Origin: Candidatus Magasanikiibacteriota bacterium
GTDB lineage: Bacteria > Patescibacteriota > Patescibacteriia > Magasanikbacterales > GWA2-37-8
Assembly: GCA_026396515.1 (NCBI GenBank)
Contig: JAPLWQ010000001.1
Location: 64,564 to 128,563 of the forward strand
DNA: 64,000 nt
Direction of reading: 5' to 3'
Under the pieces are notes generated by a model. The model saw only the letters and a list, made by a program, of their open reading frames with translations. It searched no databases and was not told the origin of the DNA. The position numbers and the translations under genes are program-made. This document shows positions 8,615-17,302 of the stretch, piece after piece; position 1 is the first letter of the stretch, and the number at the start of each line of letters is the position of its first letter.

Positions 8615-10078
8615 ATGATTTTAGCCGAGAACAAAAAAAAGGGGAATGATGAAATAATGAAGATTTGTCCAAGGGCGGAGGACTTTTCAAAGTGGTATTT
8701 AGACGTTATTTCCGCCGCCGACCTTGCTGAACATGCGCCGGTCCGGGGGTGTATGATTATCAAACCCTGCGGATATGCGCTTTGGGAAATGATTCAATCC
8801 GTCCTCGATTCCATGATCAAGGATATTGGCGTGCAGAACGCGTATTTTCCCTTACTCATTCCTGAAGAGTTTTTTAAGCGAGAAGCGGAACATGTAGAGG
8901 GCTTTTCTCCGGAACTGGCGGTGGTAACGCATGCCGGCGGCAAAAAGCTGGAAGAGCCTTTGGTTATCCGGCCCACTTCGGAGACGATCATTTATGATGC
9001 GTTTTCCAGGTGGATTCAGTCTTACCGCGATCTCCCGATGACAATAAATCAGTGGGCGAATGTGGTCAGATGGGAATTGAGACCGAGGTTGTTTTTGAGA
9101 ACAACTGAATTTTTGTGGCAGGAGGGCCATACGGCGCATGCCACCAAGGAAGAGTCCGAAGCATACGCCCTGATGATTTTGTATAAGCTTTATGAAAGAT
9201 TGGCCGAGGACTATTTGGCTATGCCGGTATTAACCGGCGTCAAGTCCGAAAGTGAAAAATTTGCCGGCGCTTTCCGTACCTATTGTATTGAAGCATTGAT
9301 GCAGGACGGAAAATCACTGCAGGCCGGAACGAGCCATGACATGTCCGACAATTTTTCCAAACCGTTTAATGTTATGTACCTGAATGACGAGGGCAAAAAA
9401 ACCTATGTTTATCAAACCAGTTGGGGAGTGAGCACTCGCATAATAGGGGCGTTGATAATGTCTCATAGTGATGATAAGGGGTTGGTTCTTCCGCCAAAGA
9501 TTGCACCGGTTCAAGTGGTTATTACGCCGATCTCAAAATCGCAAGACGATCAGGTTGCAATCAAATCGAGGGAGTTAAAAGAAAGACTCAAAAATTTTCG
9601 AACAAACTTGGATAGCCGGGATCTCCGCCCGGGAGAAAAATATTACGAATGGGAGAAGAAGGGGATTCCCGTTCGAATTGAGCTTGGCCCGAAAGATCTG
9701 GAAAAAAATTCTTGCGTCCTGGTCCGCCGCGATACAAGTGAAAAGATTATTTGTTCTCTTGATGAAGTTGAAACGCGCGTAGGCGACTTACTCAAGGATA
9801 TCCAGGATTCTTTATTCAAAAAAGCTTTAGCTCGCCGTGAAGAAACAAATCAAAATGTTGAAGATTGGGATGGGTTGGAAAAGGCCGTTGAAAAAGGCGG
9901 TTATGTATATGCCTTTTGGTGCGGAGGAGATAAATGCGAGTTAAAAATTAAGGAACAGTTGAAGGCAACGACCCGCTGCCTGCCGTTTGACCAGCCGGAC
10001 GAAGCGGGGGAGCATAAATGCGTTTGCTGCGGCAAGAAAGCTCCGGGAAAACGATGGGCTATCGCAAAAGCTTATTAA
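8615..10078 (+). CDS. proS: Prolyl-tRNA synthetase (archaeal/eukaryote-like type)
   Basis: RPTSET, QWANVVRWE, FLRTTEFLWQEGHT, QTSWGVSTR, C-terminal Zn site and terminal AY. Confidence 0.97.
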   Translation: MILAENKKKGNDEIMKICPRAEDFSKWYLDVISAADLAEHAPVRGCMIIKPCGYALWEMIQSVLDSMIKDIGVQNAYFPLLIPEEFFKREAEHVEGFSPELAVVTHAGGKKLEEPLVIRPTSETIIYDAFSRWIQSYRDLPMTINQWANVVRWELRPRLFLRTTEFLWQEGHTAHATKEESEAYALMILYKLYERLAEDYLAMPVLTGVKSESEKFAGAFRTYCIEALMQDGKSLQAGTSHDMSDNFSKPFNVMYLNDEGKKTYVYQTSWGVSTRIIGALIMSHSDDKGLVLPPKIAPVQVVITPISKSQDDQVAIKSRELKERLKNFRTNLDSRDLRPGEKYYEWEKKGIPVRIELGPKDLEKNSCVLVRRDTSEKIICSLDEVETRVGDLLKDIQDSLFKKALARREETNQNVEDWDGLEKAVEKGGYVYAFWCGGDKCELKIKEQLKATTRCLPFDQPDEAGEHKCVCCGKKAPGKRWAIAKAY

Positions 10079-10117
10079 TTTTTTTGGCAGAGGAATTTTA
10101 CAATTGAATTTAAAAAG

Positions 10118-10150
10118 AATAAATCAGCACTTTTGTGCTGATTTATTTTT
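10118..10150. terminator. Bidirectional terminator after proS
   Basis: AATAAATCAGCAC/GTGCTGATTTATT hairpin with T-run. Confidence 0.8.
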
Positions 10151-10189
10151 GTTAGGCTATTATTCTTTCACTGGAAAAGATCTCTTTGA

Positions 10190-10378
10190 TTACGGCTTCT
10201 TCTGGAAGAATTTTAAGTAAACAATCGGCAAAATACCCACAGTGTTCAGTAGCAAAATGGCAACAAACCACCCAATTTGATTATTTCTTCCGGATTTCCA
10301 CAGAGCGATACCTTTCCAAGTCGCCTCCCAAATAATTAAAGGGATTAGCCAAAATAAAATTGATGTTTCAAATATCAT
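10190..10378 (-). CDS. DUF5652-like small membrane protein
   Basis: IIWEATWKGIALWKSGRNNQIGWF...NTVGILPIVY. Confidence 0.8.
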   Translation of the reverse strand: MIFETSILFWLIPLIIWEATWKGIALWKSGRNNQIGWFVAILLLNTVGILPIVYLKFFQKKP

Positions 10379-10399
10379 ACAGTATATGGTAATTGATAA

Positions 10400-10492
10400 T
10401 TATTTAATGTCATCTTTTGATGCGATAGCTAAAATTATAACGATTATGATTAAAACTATAAAACCTATGATAAGAATCCCCATATTAATCAT
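10400..10492 (-). CDS. Putative 30-aa single-TM peptide
   Basis: MINMGILIIGFIVLIIIVIILAIASKDDIK, directly downstream of the -10-like motif of repeat A copy 1. Confidence 0.45.
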   Translation of the reverse strand: MINMGILIIGFIVLIIIVIILAIASKDDIK

Positions 10493-10518
10493 GGCAATAT
10501 TTTTATAAGTAATAATTA

Positions 10519-10573
10519 AATATTATCACCGATCAGATAAAAAAACAACGACATCTCTGCCGGTGTTTTAGTA
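10519..10573. repeat. Repeat A copy 1 (short)
   Basis: AATATTATCACCGATCAGATAAAAAAACAACGACATCTCTGCCGGTGTTTTAGTA. Confidence 0.85.
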
Positions 10574-10592
10574 AGTAAAATTTATGATGTGT

Positions 10593-10889
10593 CTAATCAT
10601 TGATAAATAGGCTGTGCAATAGAAGAAAAAGGATAGTCAGCAATCCGATAATGACTGATGCGTAGACCAAAGCGGACGATTCTTTACTCTTTCGTATAGC
10701 GATTATCCCTAATATAAAAGCGGCAATACTTAAAATAAACACAGTTACGGTTACATCCCACCAAGTATCATCAAAAGACAGTACTCGAAGTACTTTGACC
10801 AAAAAATTTGAAGTGGCAATTACTATTAAGAAAAAAGTGTTTAAGCCCACTGACCATCTGCCTAAAGTTGTTAGCGGTTTTAGCTTCAT
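10593..10889 (-). CDS. Small three-TM membrane protein
   Basis: MKLKPLTTLGRWSVGL... with hydrophobic segments; fills the gap between two A repeats. Confidence 0.7.
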   Translation of the reverse strand: MKLKPLTTLGRWSVGLNTFFLIVIATSNFLVKVLRVLSFDDTWWDVTVTVFILSIAAFILGIIAIRKSKESSALVYASVIIGLLTILFLLLHSLFIND

Positions 10890-10931
10890 ATTGTTTTGTA
10901 CCTTAAGATTGAAGGATATATAACGTTAATC

Positions 10932-11095
10932 AATATTACCACTGACCCCATACAAAAACAACAGCATCTCTGCCGTTATTTTAGTAGACCACTGTATTCA
11001 GAGTTTAAACCCTTTGGTAGGGGATTTGAGACGGTGGATGGAGGGAATACCCTTACTTAATACCCTGTAGGAGGTTCACAACGTTCACTTGTTCA
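10932..11095. repeat. Repeat A copy 2 (long, with internal 19-bp deletion)
   Basis: Hairpin, GACCACTGT..ACGGTGG stem, AATACCCT-like x2, GTTCAC x3. Confidence 0.9.
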
Positions 11096-11110
11096 TTTGG
11101 AGTTTGTCGG

Positions 11111-12088
11111 TTATCCAAGCGGAATAACGATCGCGGGGCGCGCCCCCTGCCTCGGAGCCCGACTGTCCGTGTCACTCCATCCCACCCCGACCTGACGACC
11201 CCTCGGATTCCAGCGAGCGTACACGCACCCACCGGGCGCGCGAGAGTCAATCAACCATGTCAAATTGGATTGATCCGCGTCATCATTGTAAGCGTCAAAG
11301 GAGTGGTCTTCGTTAATTTCAGCTTCTTTTCTTTGGAGGATGTAGTATTCAGGTAAGGTAAGGCCGTTCAGATTTTTGTCTTTAAGGTATTGTTTGGCTT
11401 CAGGGAAAGTAAGGTTTTTAGTTTCTTGGGAAATTGGTTTGGATGAATAGAAAAGAAGATAACCGTTTATTCTTTTTACCTGGGCTGATTCAGTGAGAGA
11501 ATGTTTTTTAGCGATAGGGCCTTCCAGATAAGATTCATTGGAATAGTTGTCCGCTTCGTCTCTGAAGGTGAAAGCATGCAGTGGCTTGTCAGCCAGTTCG
11601 TGCTTTAATTTGGAGATACCGACTTTGTTGAGCTGGGTTACAAGGTCAGGCATAAGAATGGCTTTGTCCAAGCCCTGTTCCAAGGCTTCGCGACAACGGG
11701 CCAGAGATGCTTCAGATAGGGCAAGGGTTTCGGGAAGAGCATCAGAGAATTCGGGGAGGTTATATTTATTAAATATCGCCTTTGAACCGTTTAAGACAAT
11801 GGATAAATCAATGAACACTTCTTTCCCTTCAGGATTAGTAGCAGTGATAATGTTCGGATCTGAAGGAGCTTCAGGTGATGGCCCGTTTTTTTTTATCTTT
11901 TCAAACTCTTCCAGGTATTCTTCATACAGCCGGATGGCGAGCATTGTATCTTCATCCATTTCAGCGGCTTTGGCTCTTTTCAGGATATCAATAAGGCGGG
12001 CATTGTCTCTGGGAGATAATACTGTTTCAGGTTGTTTTTCTTGTTTAGGGGATATATCACCAGGATTGACTTTGGCGAATTCGGACAT
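11111..12088 (-). CDS. Hypothetical protein with a C-terminal CLec-like (DGR-target-like) end
   Basis: GLTLPEY...TWL...W...GARPAIV; the last ~140 nt are abruptly GC-rich. Confidence 0.7.
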   Translation of the reverse strand: MSEFAKVNPGDISPKQEKQPETVLSPRDNARLIDILKRAKAAEMDEDTMLAIRLYEEYLEEFEKIKKNGPSPEAPSDPNIITATNPEGKEVFIDLSIVLNGSKAIFNKYNLPEFSDALPETLALSEASLARCREALEQGLDKAILMPDLVTQLNKVGISKLKHELADKPLHAFTFRDEADNYSNESYLEGPIAKKHSLTESAQVKRINGYLLFYSSKPISQETKNLTFPEAKQYLKDKNLNGLTLPEYYILQRKEAEINEDHSFDAYNDDADQSNLTWLIDSRAPGGCVYARWNPRGRQVGVGWSDTDSRAPRQGARPAIVIPLG

Positions 12089-12112
12089 ATTTATATTTAG
12101 AAAACTCTAATA

Positions 12113-12165
12113 AATATTATCATTGTCTTGGTAAAAAAACAACGGCATCTCTGCCGTTATTTTTT
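12113..12165. repeat. Repeat A copy 3 (short)
   Basis: AATATTATCA...AAAAAAACAACGGCATCTCTGCCGTTATTTT. Confidence 0.85.
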
Positions 12166-12223
12166 TATACTGTCTTATTACGTTGGCCCCACAAGAAGAA
12201 TACCAAATTGATAAGCGCCAGTA

Positions 12224-12865
12224 TTATAGCATTGCTTCTTCGTCTTCCCGGTATTGTCTTTCCGCTTTCGCGTCGGCAATTTCCATTTCCCTCCATTTTT
12301 TCTCCTTTTCTTCATATTCTTCCCTTTCAATAGCACTTTTTGAAATTGATTCAGCCAGTTCATCGGCTTCCTCCGACTCGATTCCGAATGCTGATAAATA
12401 ATAATCCCGGAAAGCGTCTTTTCCGATCAATTTACATAGTTCGATTCGTTCATTGTGAATTTGCTGTTCCAATTTTTGCCATTCATAATAAACGGTCTCC
12501 CATTTTTCCTTATCACGCTCCATTTCTTCAATTTCCTGTTTGATTTTATCGACCTGCGCCCGGGTATGCAATTTTTCTTCCAAGTGGTCCAAATCCACTT
12601 CGCGTTCGACTATTTCGTCTTCGATATAGTTGCCCAGGTCGCCGTATGAATTACCGTATTTTTCGCATAATTTGCTCAAATAATTATCGAACTCGTCGCA
12701 TTTTGCTTCGATTTCCGGCAGAGAATTTTTTAGGAATTCAATCCGCTTGTCTTTTTCGCGCTGGAGGCGGGCGCTTTCAAAGCGTTCATGACTGATGACA
12801 TTTGTTACCTTTTTTTCGGGCGGCTTTATTTGCTGTTCGGATATTGGTGATTTTTCCGGAGGCAT
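12224..12865 (-). CDS. Acidic coiled-coil hypothetical protein
   Basis: 213-aa E/K-rich ORF between A repeats 3 and 4. Confidence 0.7.
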   Translation of the reverse strand: MPPEKSPISEQQIKPPEKKVTNVISHERFESARLQREKDKRIEFLKNSLPEIEAKCDEFDNYLSKLCEKYGNSYGDLGNYIEDEIVEREVDLDHLEEKLHTRAQVDKIKQEIEEMERDKEKWETVYYEWQKLEQQIHNERIELCKLIGKDAFRDYYLSAFGIESEEADELAESISKSAIEREEYEEKEKKWREMEIADAKAERQYREDEEAML

Positions 12866-12900
12866 ATTTATGTGATTATTTTGCAGTTTATTAATATTTT

Positions 12901-13035
12901 AATATTATCACCGACCAGATAAAAAAACAACGGCATCTCTGCCGTTATTTTGGTACATATATATTATACCAGTAGACCACTGTGCTCAGAATTCAAACCC
13001 CATTATGCTAGATTTGAGGCGGTGGTGGAAGGGGA
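12901..13035. repeat. Repeat A copy 4 (lacks the iteron end)
   Basis: Matches copies 5 and 6 through GATTTGAGGCGGTGG, then diverges into a TTGACA promoter. Confidence 0.9.
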
Positions 13036-13159
13036 TTATTACTTTGGCCGATGCTTGACAAATTTGTTTTTTCATGCTTAAATACAGTGTTCTTTTGCAA
13101 AAACAGCGGAAAACCGCTCTAGCATCGGCTCCGACAGGGAGCCAAGGTACGGGGGTAAA

Positions 13160-13345
13160 ATGCGTGCATTCATCATCGCGCTCCATATTTTTATGTTTTT
13201 GTTCCTCTCGGTGATTCCTCTCGGCGGTATGTTGGCCGGTGCCAATAAATTGAGCTGTTTGGTTCTCTGGGCGTTTTTTACGTTGGTAGTCTGGCTATCG
13301 TACAAATTGTTGATAGCCAAGGCCAGAAAATATATGATCTTTTAA
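13160..13345 (+). CDS. Small two-TM membrane protein
   Basis: Hydrophobic 61-aa ORF after TTGACA(13055) and TGTTCTTTTGCAA. Confidence 0.55.
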   Translation: MRAFIIALHIFMFLFLSVIPLGGMLAGANKLSCLVLWAFFTLVVWLSYKLLIAKARKYMIF

Positions 13346-13422
13346 CGATTGGAAGAACTGAAGAAAAATTGCATCACGCCCCGAGGTAGTCGTCCGTCAT
13401 CTCTTTCTCACCCTGCCTATTC

Positions 13423-13455
13423 AGCGTCTCCGGCGAACACGCTTCCAAAGTTCGC
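13423..13455 (+). promoter_or_regulatory. 33-nt H-type pseudoknot motif, copy 1
   Basis: AGCGTCTCCGGCGAACACGCTTCCAAAGTTCGC: AGCGT/ACGCT and GCGAAC/GTTCGC stems. Confidence 0.6.
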
Positions 13456-13473
13456 TAATCGAAAGGAGGTTTG

Positions 13474-13617
13474 ATGGAAATCGACGACAGGACGTATCGT
13501 CAACTCGACCGCATCGCGAAGGCGCGCCTTCCCTATGTGGTCGCGCTCGCCGTGTTCTACACGGTCAAATCTTTCTTCGAGAGACTGCGTCGGAGGAAAA
13601 CGGCTCAGACGATCTAA
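13474..13617 (+). CDS. 47-aa single-TM basic peptide
   Basis: AAAGGAGG SD; MEIDDRTYRQLDRIAKARLPYVVALAVFYTVKSFFERLRRRKTAQTI. Confidence 0.6.
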   Translation: MEIDDRTYRQLDRIAKARLPYVVALAVFYTVKSFFERLRRRKTAQTI

Positions 13618-13653
13618 CATCGGTCGTAGGAACTACTCAGTTCTTTCCACACA

Positions 13654-13686
13654 AGCGTCTCCGGCGAACACGCTTCCAAAGTTCGC
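13654..13686 (+). promoter_or_regulatory. 33-nt H-type pseudoknot motif, copy 2
   Basis: Exact repeat of 13423-13455. Confidence 0.6.
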
Positions 13687-13805
13687 CACCCCATTTGAGT
13701 TCGGAATTATTTCTGGTTTCAAATGGAGAAATGGTTCTATAAAAATACGCGGGAAACCGCCTCTACAGCCGACTCCAACGGGGAGTCGTGGTATGGAGGA
13801 GATAA

Positions 13806-14366
13806 ATGAAGGGAATGCTGTCAGTCGCTGCTGGCGTACTGTTCGTCATCGCTTTCATTCCGTACATCCGCTCTATTTTGCGGAAAGAGACGAAGCCTGC
13901 TAAGGCGTCCTGGATCATCTGGGCGAGTCTCGACTATCTGGTGTTCGCAGGCATGCTCGCCGAACACACGGTCAATGGTCAGATACTTGGCGCAGTGGTC
14001 GGTGCAACAACCGTTATCGGCCTGGCCATAAAGTTCGGCACACCGGGCTGGACGAATTTGGACAAATTCTGCCTCGGCGGAGCTGTCCTCGGCATCGCAC
14101 TGTGGAAAGTGTTTGGCAACCCCACCTTTGGCATCGTTACGGCTTGCACCGTGGCATTTCTCGGTTCCATTCCGACATTTGTATCTGCCTGGAAAGACCC
14201 GAGCCGTGAAAACAAACTGGCGTGGACGATTTTCTGGGTCTCGTGCGTGTGTGCGGTTATCGCAATTCCGCACTGGACATTAGCGGATGCCGCTCAACCG
14301 ATAGCGTTCTTTGCAATCGAAAGCACGATGATGTGCATTCTGCTCATTCGCCCTTATATCAAGTAA
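13806..14366 (+). CDS. PQ-loop-like multi-TM membrane protein, putative transporter
   Basis: Two halves PYI..I....TKP...SW.IW and PT....W..P..E....W; GGAGG SD. Confidence 0.75.
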   Translation: MKGMLSVAAGVLFVIAFIPYIRSILRKETKPAKASWIIWASLDYLVFAGMLAEHTVNGQILGAVVGATTVIGLAIKFGTPGWTNLDKFCLGGAVLGIALWKVFGNPTFGIVTACTVAFLGSIPTFVSAWKDPSRENKLAWTIFWVSCVCAVIAIPHWTLADAAQPIAFFAIESTMMCILLIRPYIK

Positions 14367-14373
14367 CCCACCT

Positions 14374-14422
14374 GCCCATCCCGGGCAAACTGACTCCGTG
14401 TTATCCACGGGGTTTTTCTTTT
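14374..14422 (+). repeat. Repeat B copy 1 (double hairpin/terminator)
   Basis: GCCC-ATCCC-GGGC AAACTGA CTCCGTG-TTATC-CACGGGG TTTTTCTTTT. Confidence 0.85.
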
Positions 14423-14514
14423 GTACGGCGGAGCGATTGACAAACCATAAGGTTTTTGCTACGGTTTACGGTGGTTTGTTATCACAACTAATGCAATGCA
14501 ACAAGGAGGGCACA

Positions 14515-14865
14515 ATGCAGCTGAGTACGGAACAACTGGCCAAGTACATCGGTGGTGATATGGAGATTCAGAATCCGGGGGAGGATTACCTCTTCCGCGG
14601 TCTGATCGAGCACGTCGAAGTAGAGGGTGAAGACGTGAAAGTGCGCTTCAAGTGGCTCGCCAAGAATGACGGCGGGCCCAATAGACCCACGTCCACCTGG
14701 ACCAAGGACAACCGGCTCGACTACGCCGCGAACGTCGGGATCTACTCGGCCTCGGACATCGGGATGGGGCGCCTCTGCCTCAATTCTCCCATCGTCGGCG
14801 AAACGGTGGTCCTGTTCCCACCGGATGGAAGTCGCCTCGACCCGGCGCGCGTCAAGGGTCTCTAG
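14515..14865 (+). CDS. Hypothetical protein (116 aa, GC-rich class)
   Basis: AAGGAGG SD, TTGACA(14437) promoter, GC3-rich codons. Confidence 0.75.
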   Translation: MQLSTEQLAKYIGGDMEIQNPGEDYLFRGLIEHVEVEGEDVKVRFKWLAKNDGGPNRPTSTWTKDNRLDYAANVGIYSASDIGMGRLCLNSPIVGETVVLFPPDGSRLDPARVKGL

Positions 14866-14928
14866 ACACCCAGCATCTTTGCATCATCTGCATTTTACAA
14901 CCGTTCCTTTTCAGTAACCTATCTCTGC

Positions 14929-14979
14929 GCCCGTTCAGGGCAAACCAACTCCGTGCATCACACGGGGTTTTTCTTTTAT
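14929..14979 (+). repeat. Repeat B copy 2
   Basis: GCCC-GTTCA-GGGC AAACCAA CTCCGTG-CATCA-CACGGGG TTTTTCTTTT. Confidence 0.85.
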
Positions 14980-15075
14980 CTTGACATTTGGCTACCAACA
15001 TGTAATATGGACTTATCGTTCTATAAACAATTTGCCTTGCACAGTATGGGCAATAAAAGAAAGCGAGGGACAAAA

Positions 15076-15456
15076 ATGGCACGAAACAATATGGTTCCAC
15101 AGAAACCGCCCTCGCGGCCGTTACCGCTCGTAACTGGAGGCTTTTTTTATGGCCTCTTAGGATCCGGGGTCAGACATTGGTCCAGGGAATCAATGGCAAA
15201 ATTCGCAGAGGTAGTCAACAACGTGCGAGCAGCCGGTGTGGCTCAAATCATCGCGGAGATTGACCTGGCTCTTAACGATCAAGGACAAATAGTGTCGCAG
15301 TCACGCAAACGGCTCCTGATTCGCACCCAGAACATTCTCGATAATCTGGCTCTGCCTGGTGAACAACTCAAGTTGCGCCTCCCGGTTGAAATCGGACTTA
15401 CTGGTTTCTACACCATCAAGATCGTCCGCATTCCGGAAAAAAAGAAGGAGGCATAA
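15076..15456 (+). CDS. Hypothetical protein (126 aa)
   Basis: ATG at 15076 with GAGG SD; TTGACA(14981) promoter. Confidence 0.6.
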   Translation: MARNNMVPQKPPSRPLPLVTGGFFYGLLGSGVRHWSRESMAKFAEVVNNVRAAGVAQIIAEIDLALNDQGQIVSQSRKRLLIRTQNILDNLALPGEQLKLRLPVEIGLTGFYTIKIVRIPEKKKEA

Positions 15457-15478
15457 CCCCGCTGCTCTTTCCCATCTC

Positions 15479-15529
15479 GCCCATCCCGGGCAAACTGACT
15501 CCGTGTATCACACGGGGTTTTTCTTTTAT
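15479..15529 (+). repeat. Repeat B copy 3
   Basis: GCCC-ATCCC-GGGC AAACTGA CTCCGTG-TATCA-CACGGGG TTTTTCTTTT, directly abutting repeat A copy 5. Confidence 0.85.
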
Positions 15530-15693
15530 AAAAAAACAACGGCATCTCTGCCGTTATTTTAGTACATATATATTATACCAGTAGACCACTGTACTCAGAC
15601 TTTAAACCCCATTATGCTGGATTTGAGACGGTGGAGAGAGGTTATACCCTTGCTTAATACCCTGTAGGAGGTTCACAATGTTCACAAGTTCAC
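15530..15693. repeat. Repeat A copy 5 (long)
   Basis: Full unit ending GTTCACAATGTTCACAAGTTCAC. Confidence 0.92.
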
Positions 15694-15820
15694 TAATTTT
15701 GTATGCGTCAGAGCGCTGTGGAATAAGTTGATTTATCCGATATTTTCTTATATAATTAGGAAAGCTTCTGTGTATTTCAGGCAAAATATAGGAGATTATT
15801 TTATCAAGTATTAATATAAT

Positions 15821-17302
15821 ATGGGCAGGATTGCTTTAAAGGAAAAAGGAATCTATCGCTTTTCCGGAATTAGTGGCATTAAGCAATTGTATAATCACGT
15901 CATAAATTCATGGCGGCCAAAGGATGCCTATTGCATAGTTTCGGCTCCATTAGAATCTTTTAAAAAATTGGAGTCATTTTTTATTAAATCCGTTCATGCT
16001 AAAAGAATAAAAGATAGGGTAACGCTGAAGATGATTATCAATGGGAATGCTCAGCAGTATGGTTTAGTCAGGAAGACAATGCCTTTTACCCAAGTTAAGT
16101 TTTTAGACGTCGAGACGCCCGCCGAATATGGTGTTCTTAACGATTTATTATTTATAGTTAATTACGGTAAAAAACCTTATGGAATTTTAATCAAGGATGC
16201 CAGTCTGGCCGATACTTTCAATGAATATTTTAAAATATTGTGGCACCAGGGAAGAAAAATAGATATTCCGCCTTTGATCAAGACCAGCCTGTCGGTGAAA
16301 GAAATTGTTCACAAATATTTGGCGAAAAACCCCTTAATTGTGACCGATCCATACAATTATGACCAGATAAAAAAGAGTGGTTATTCGATTATTTGCATAC
16401 AGAATAATAACTACAGCAATGTCGTACGTATTCAGAACAAAATCAAAAAAGATAATCATAAAATAATTATTGGTTTGGGAGGCTGCACAGCGCTTGATGC
16501 CGCAAGGGCGTGCAGTAAAGAAAATTTGCCTTGTATTTTGATACCGACCATATTATCCACGGTTTGCATTAGCGTAAATAAATCCGTGCTTAATGTTGGC
16601 GGCGAAGTTAAGACTTTTAACACTGAATCTCCGCAAAAAATCATTCTCAGTGTACCGACTATCATGAGCACAAAGAGAACCGAAATAATTAGGTGGGCGC
16701 AAGCGGGTTTTGGGGATTTGTTTTCAAAAGTCGGCGCCTCAATTGACGTGGTTTATCGGGAATTGGAAAAAAGTAAGGATGTATTGTCGTTAGAAAAAGT
16801 TAGGCGAAATATCCCAGAAGTTTTTGATGCGATTGAATACGTGATTGAATATTTTAATGGATATAACAAAAGAGATATTGAAGCATTAGCGGTATTCTTA
16901 CATGAAGCCTCTGTTTCAATAATTATTCGAGATACATTTGAATTAAGTGGCGGCGCTGAGCATAATTTGGCTTATGTGCTTGAGAAAAAATATATCAAAC
17001 CAGGCATTAAACCCGAGCACGGCACTATCGTTTCTGTAGGAACACTGATTGAAACGAAATTGTTTGGAGAGGTAACCGGGGATAAGTCTCTGTATAATAA
17101 AATGAGGGTAATATATGAAAAAACTGGCTTACCGACGACTTACGAGAGTTTGGCCAAACTCGGCGTAAATAAAGAGAACTTGGTAAAGGGCATTAGGGAT
17201 ATAAGTAAATTGAACGCATTTATGAGTATGCACGCAAAACAGGCGATTGATTTGCTAGATGACATTTTTCAAAACAATGGTGCTAAATATGAAAAAAAAT
17301 AA
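15821..17302 (+). CDS. Fusion of a TrmB-type effector-like domain and a glycerol-1-phosphate dehydrogenase (EgsA/AraM)-like domain
   Basis: N-terminal G..GIK..Y...KRIK...IKD...A..F...F..LW pattern; C-terminal IGLGGCTALD, IPTILST, AGFGD, SGGAEH and HG motifs of the DHQS/Fe-ADH superfamily. Confidence 0.7.
   Translation: MGRIALKEKGIYRFSGISGIKQLYNHVINSWRPKDAYCIVSAPLESFKKLESFFIKSVHAKRIKDRVTLKMIINGNAQQYGLVRKTMPFTQVKFLDVETPAEYGVLNDLLFIVNYGKKPYGILIKDASLADTFNEYFKILWHQGRKIDIPPLIKTSLSVKEIVHKYLAKNPLIVTDPYNYDQIKKSGYSIICIQNNNYSNVVRIQNKIKKDNHKIIIGLGGCTALDAARACSKENLPCILIPTILSTVCISVNKSVLNVGGEVKTFNTESPQKIILSVPTIMSTKRTEIIRWAQAGFGDLFSKVGASIDVVYRELEKSKDVLSLEKVRRNIPEVFDAIEYVIEYFNGYNKRDIEALAVFLHEASVSIIIRDTFELSGGAEHNLAYVLEKKYIKPGIKPEHGTIVSVGTLIETKLFGEVTGDKSLYNKMRVIYEKTGLPTTYESLAKLGVNKENLVKGIRDISKLNAFMSMHAKQAIDLLDDIFQNNGAKYEKK

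Noticed and set aside
10080-10520. attL duplicate of the tRNA-Glu 3' end
   Set aside because: No convincing match found by eye, so the left boundary of the element remains inferred.
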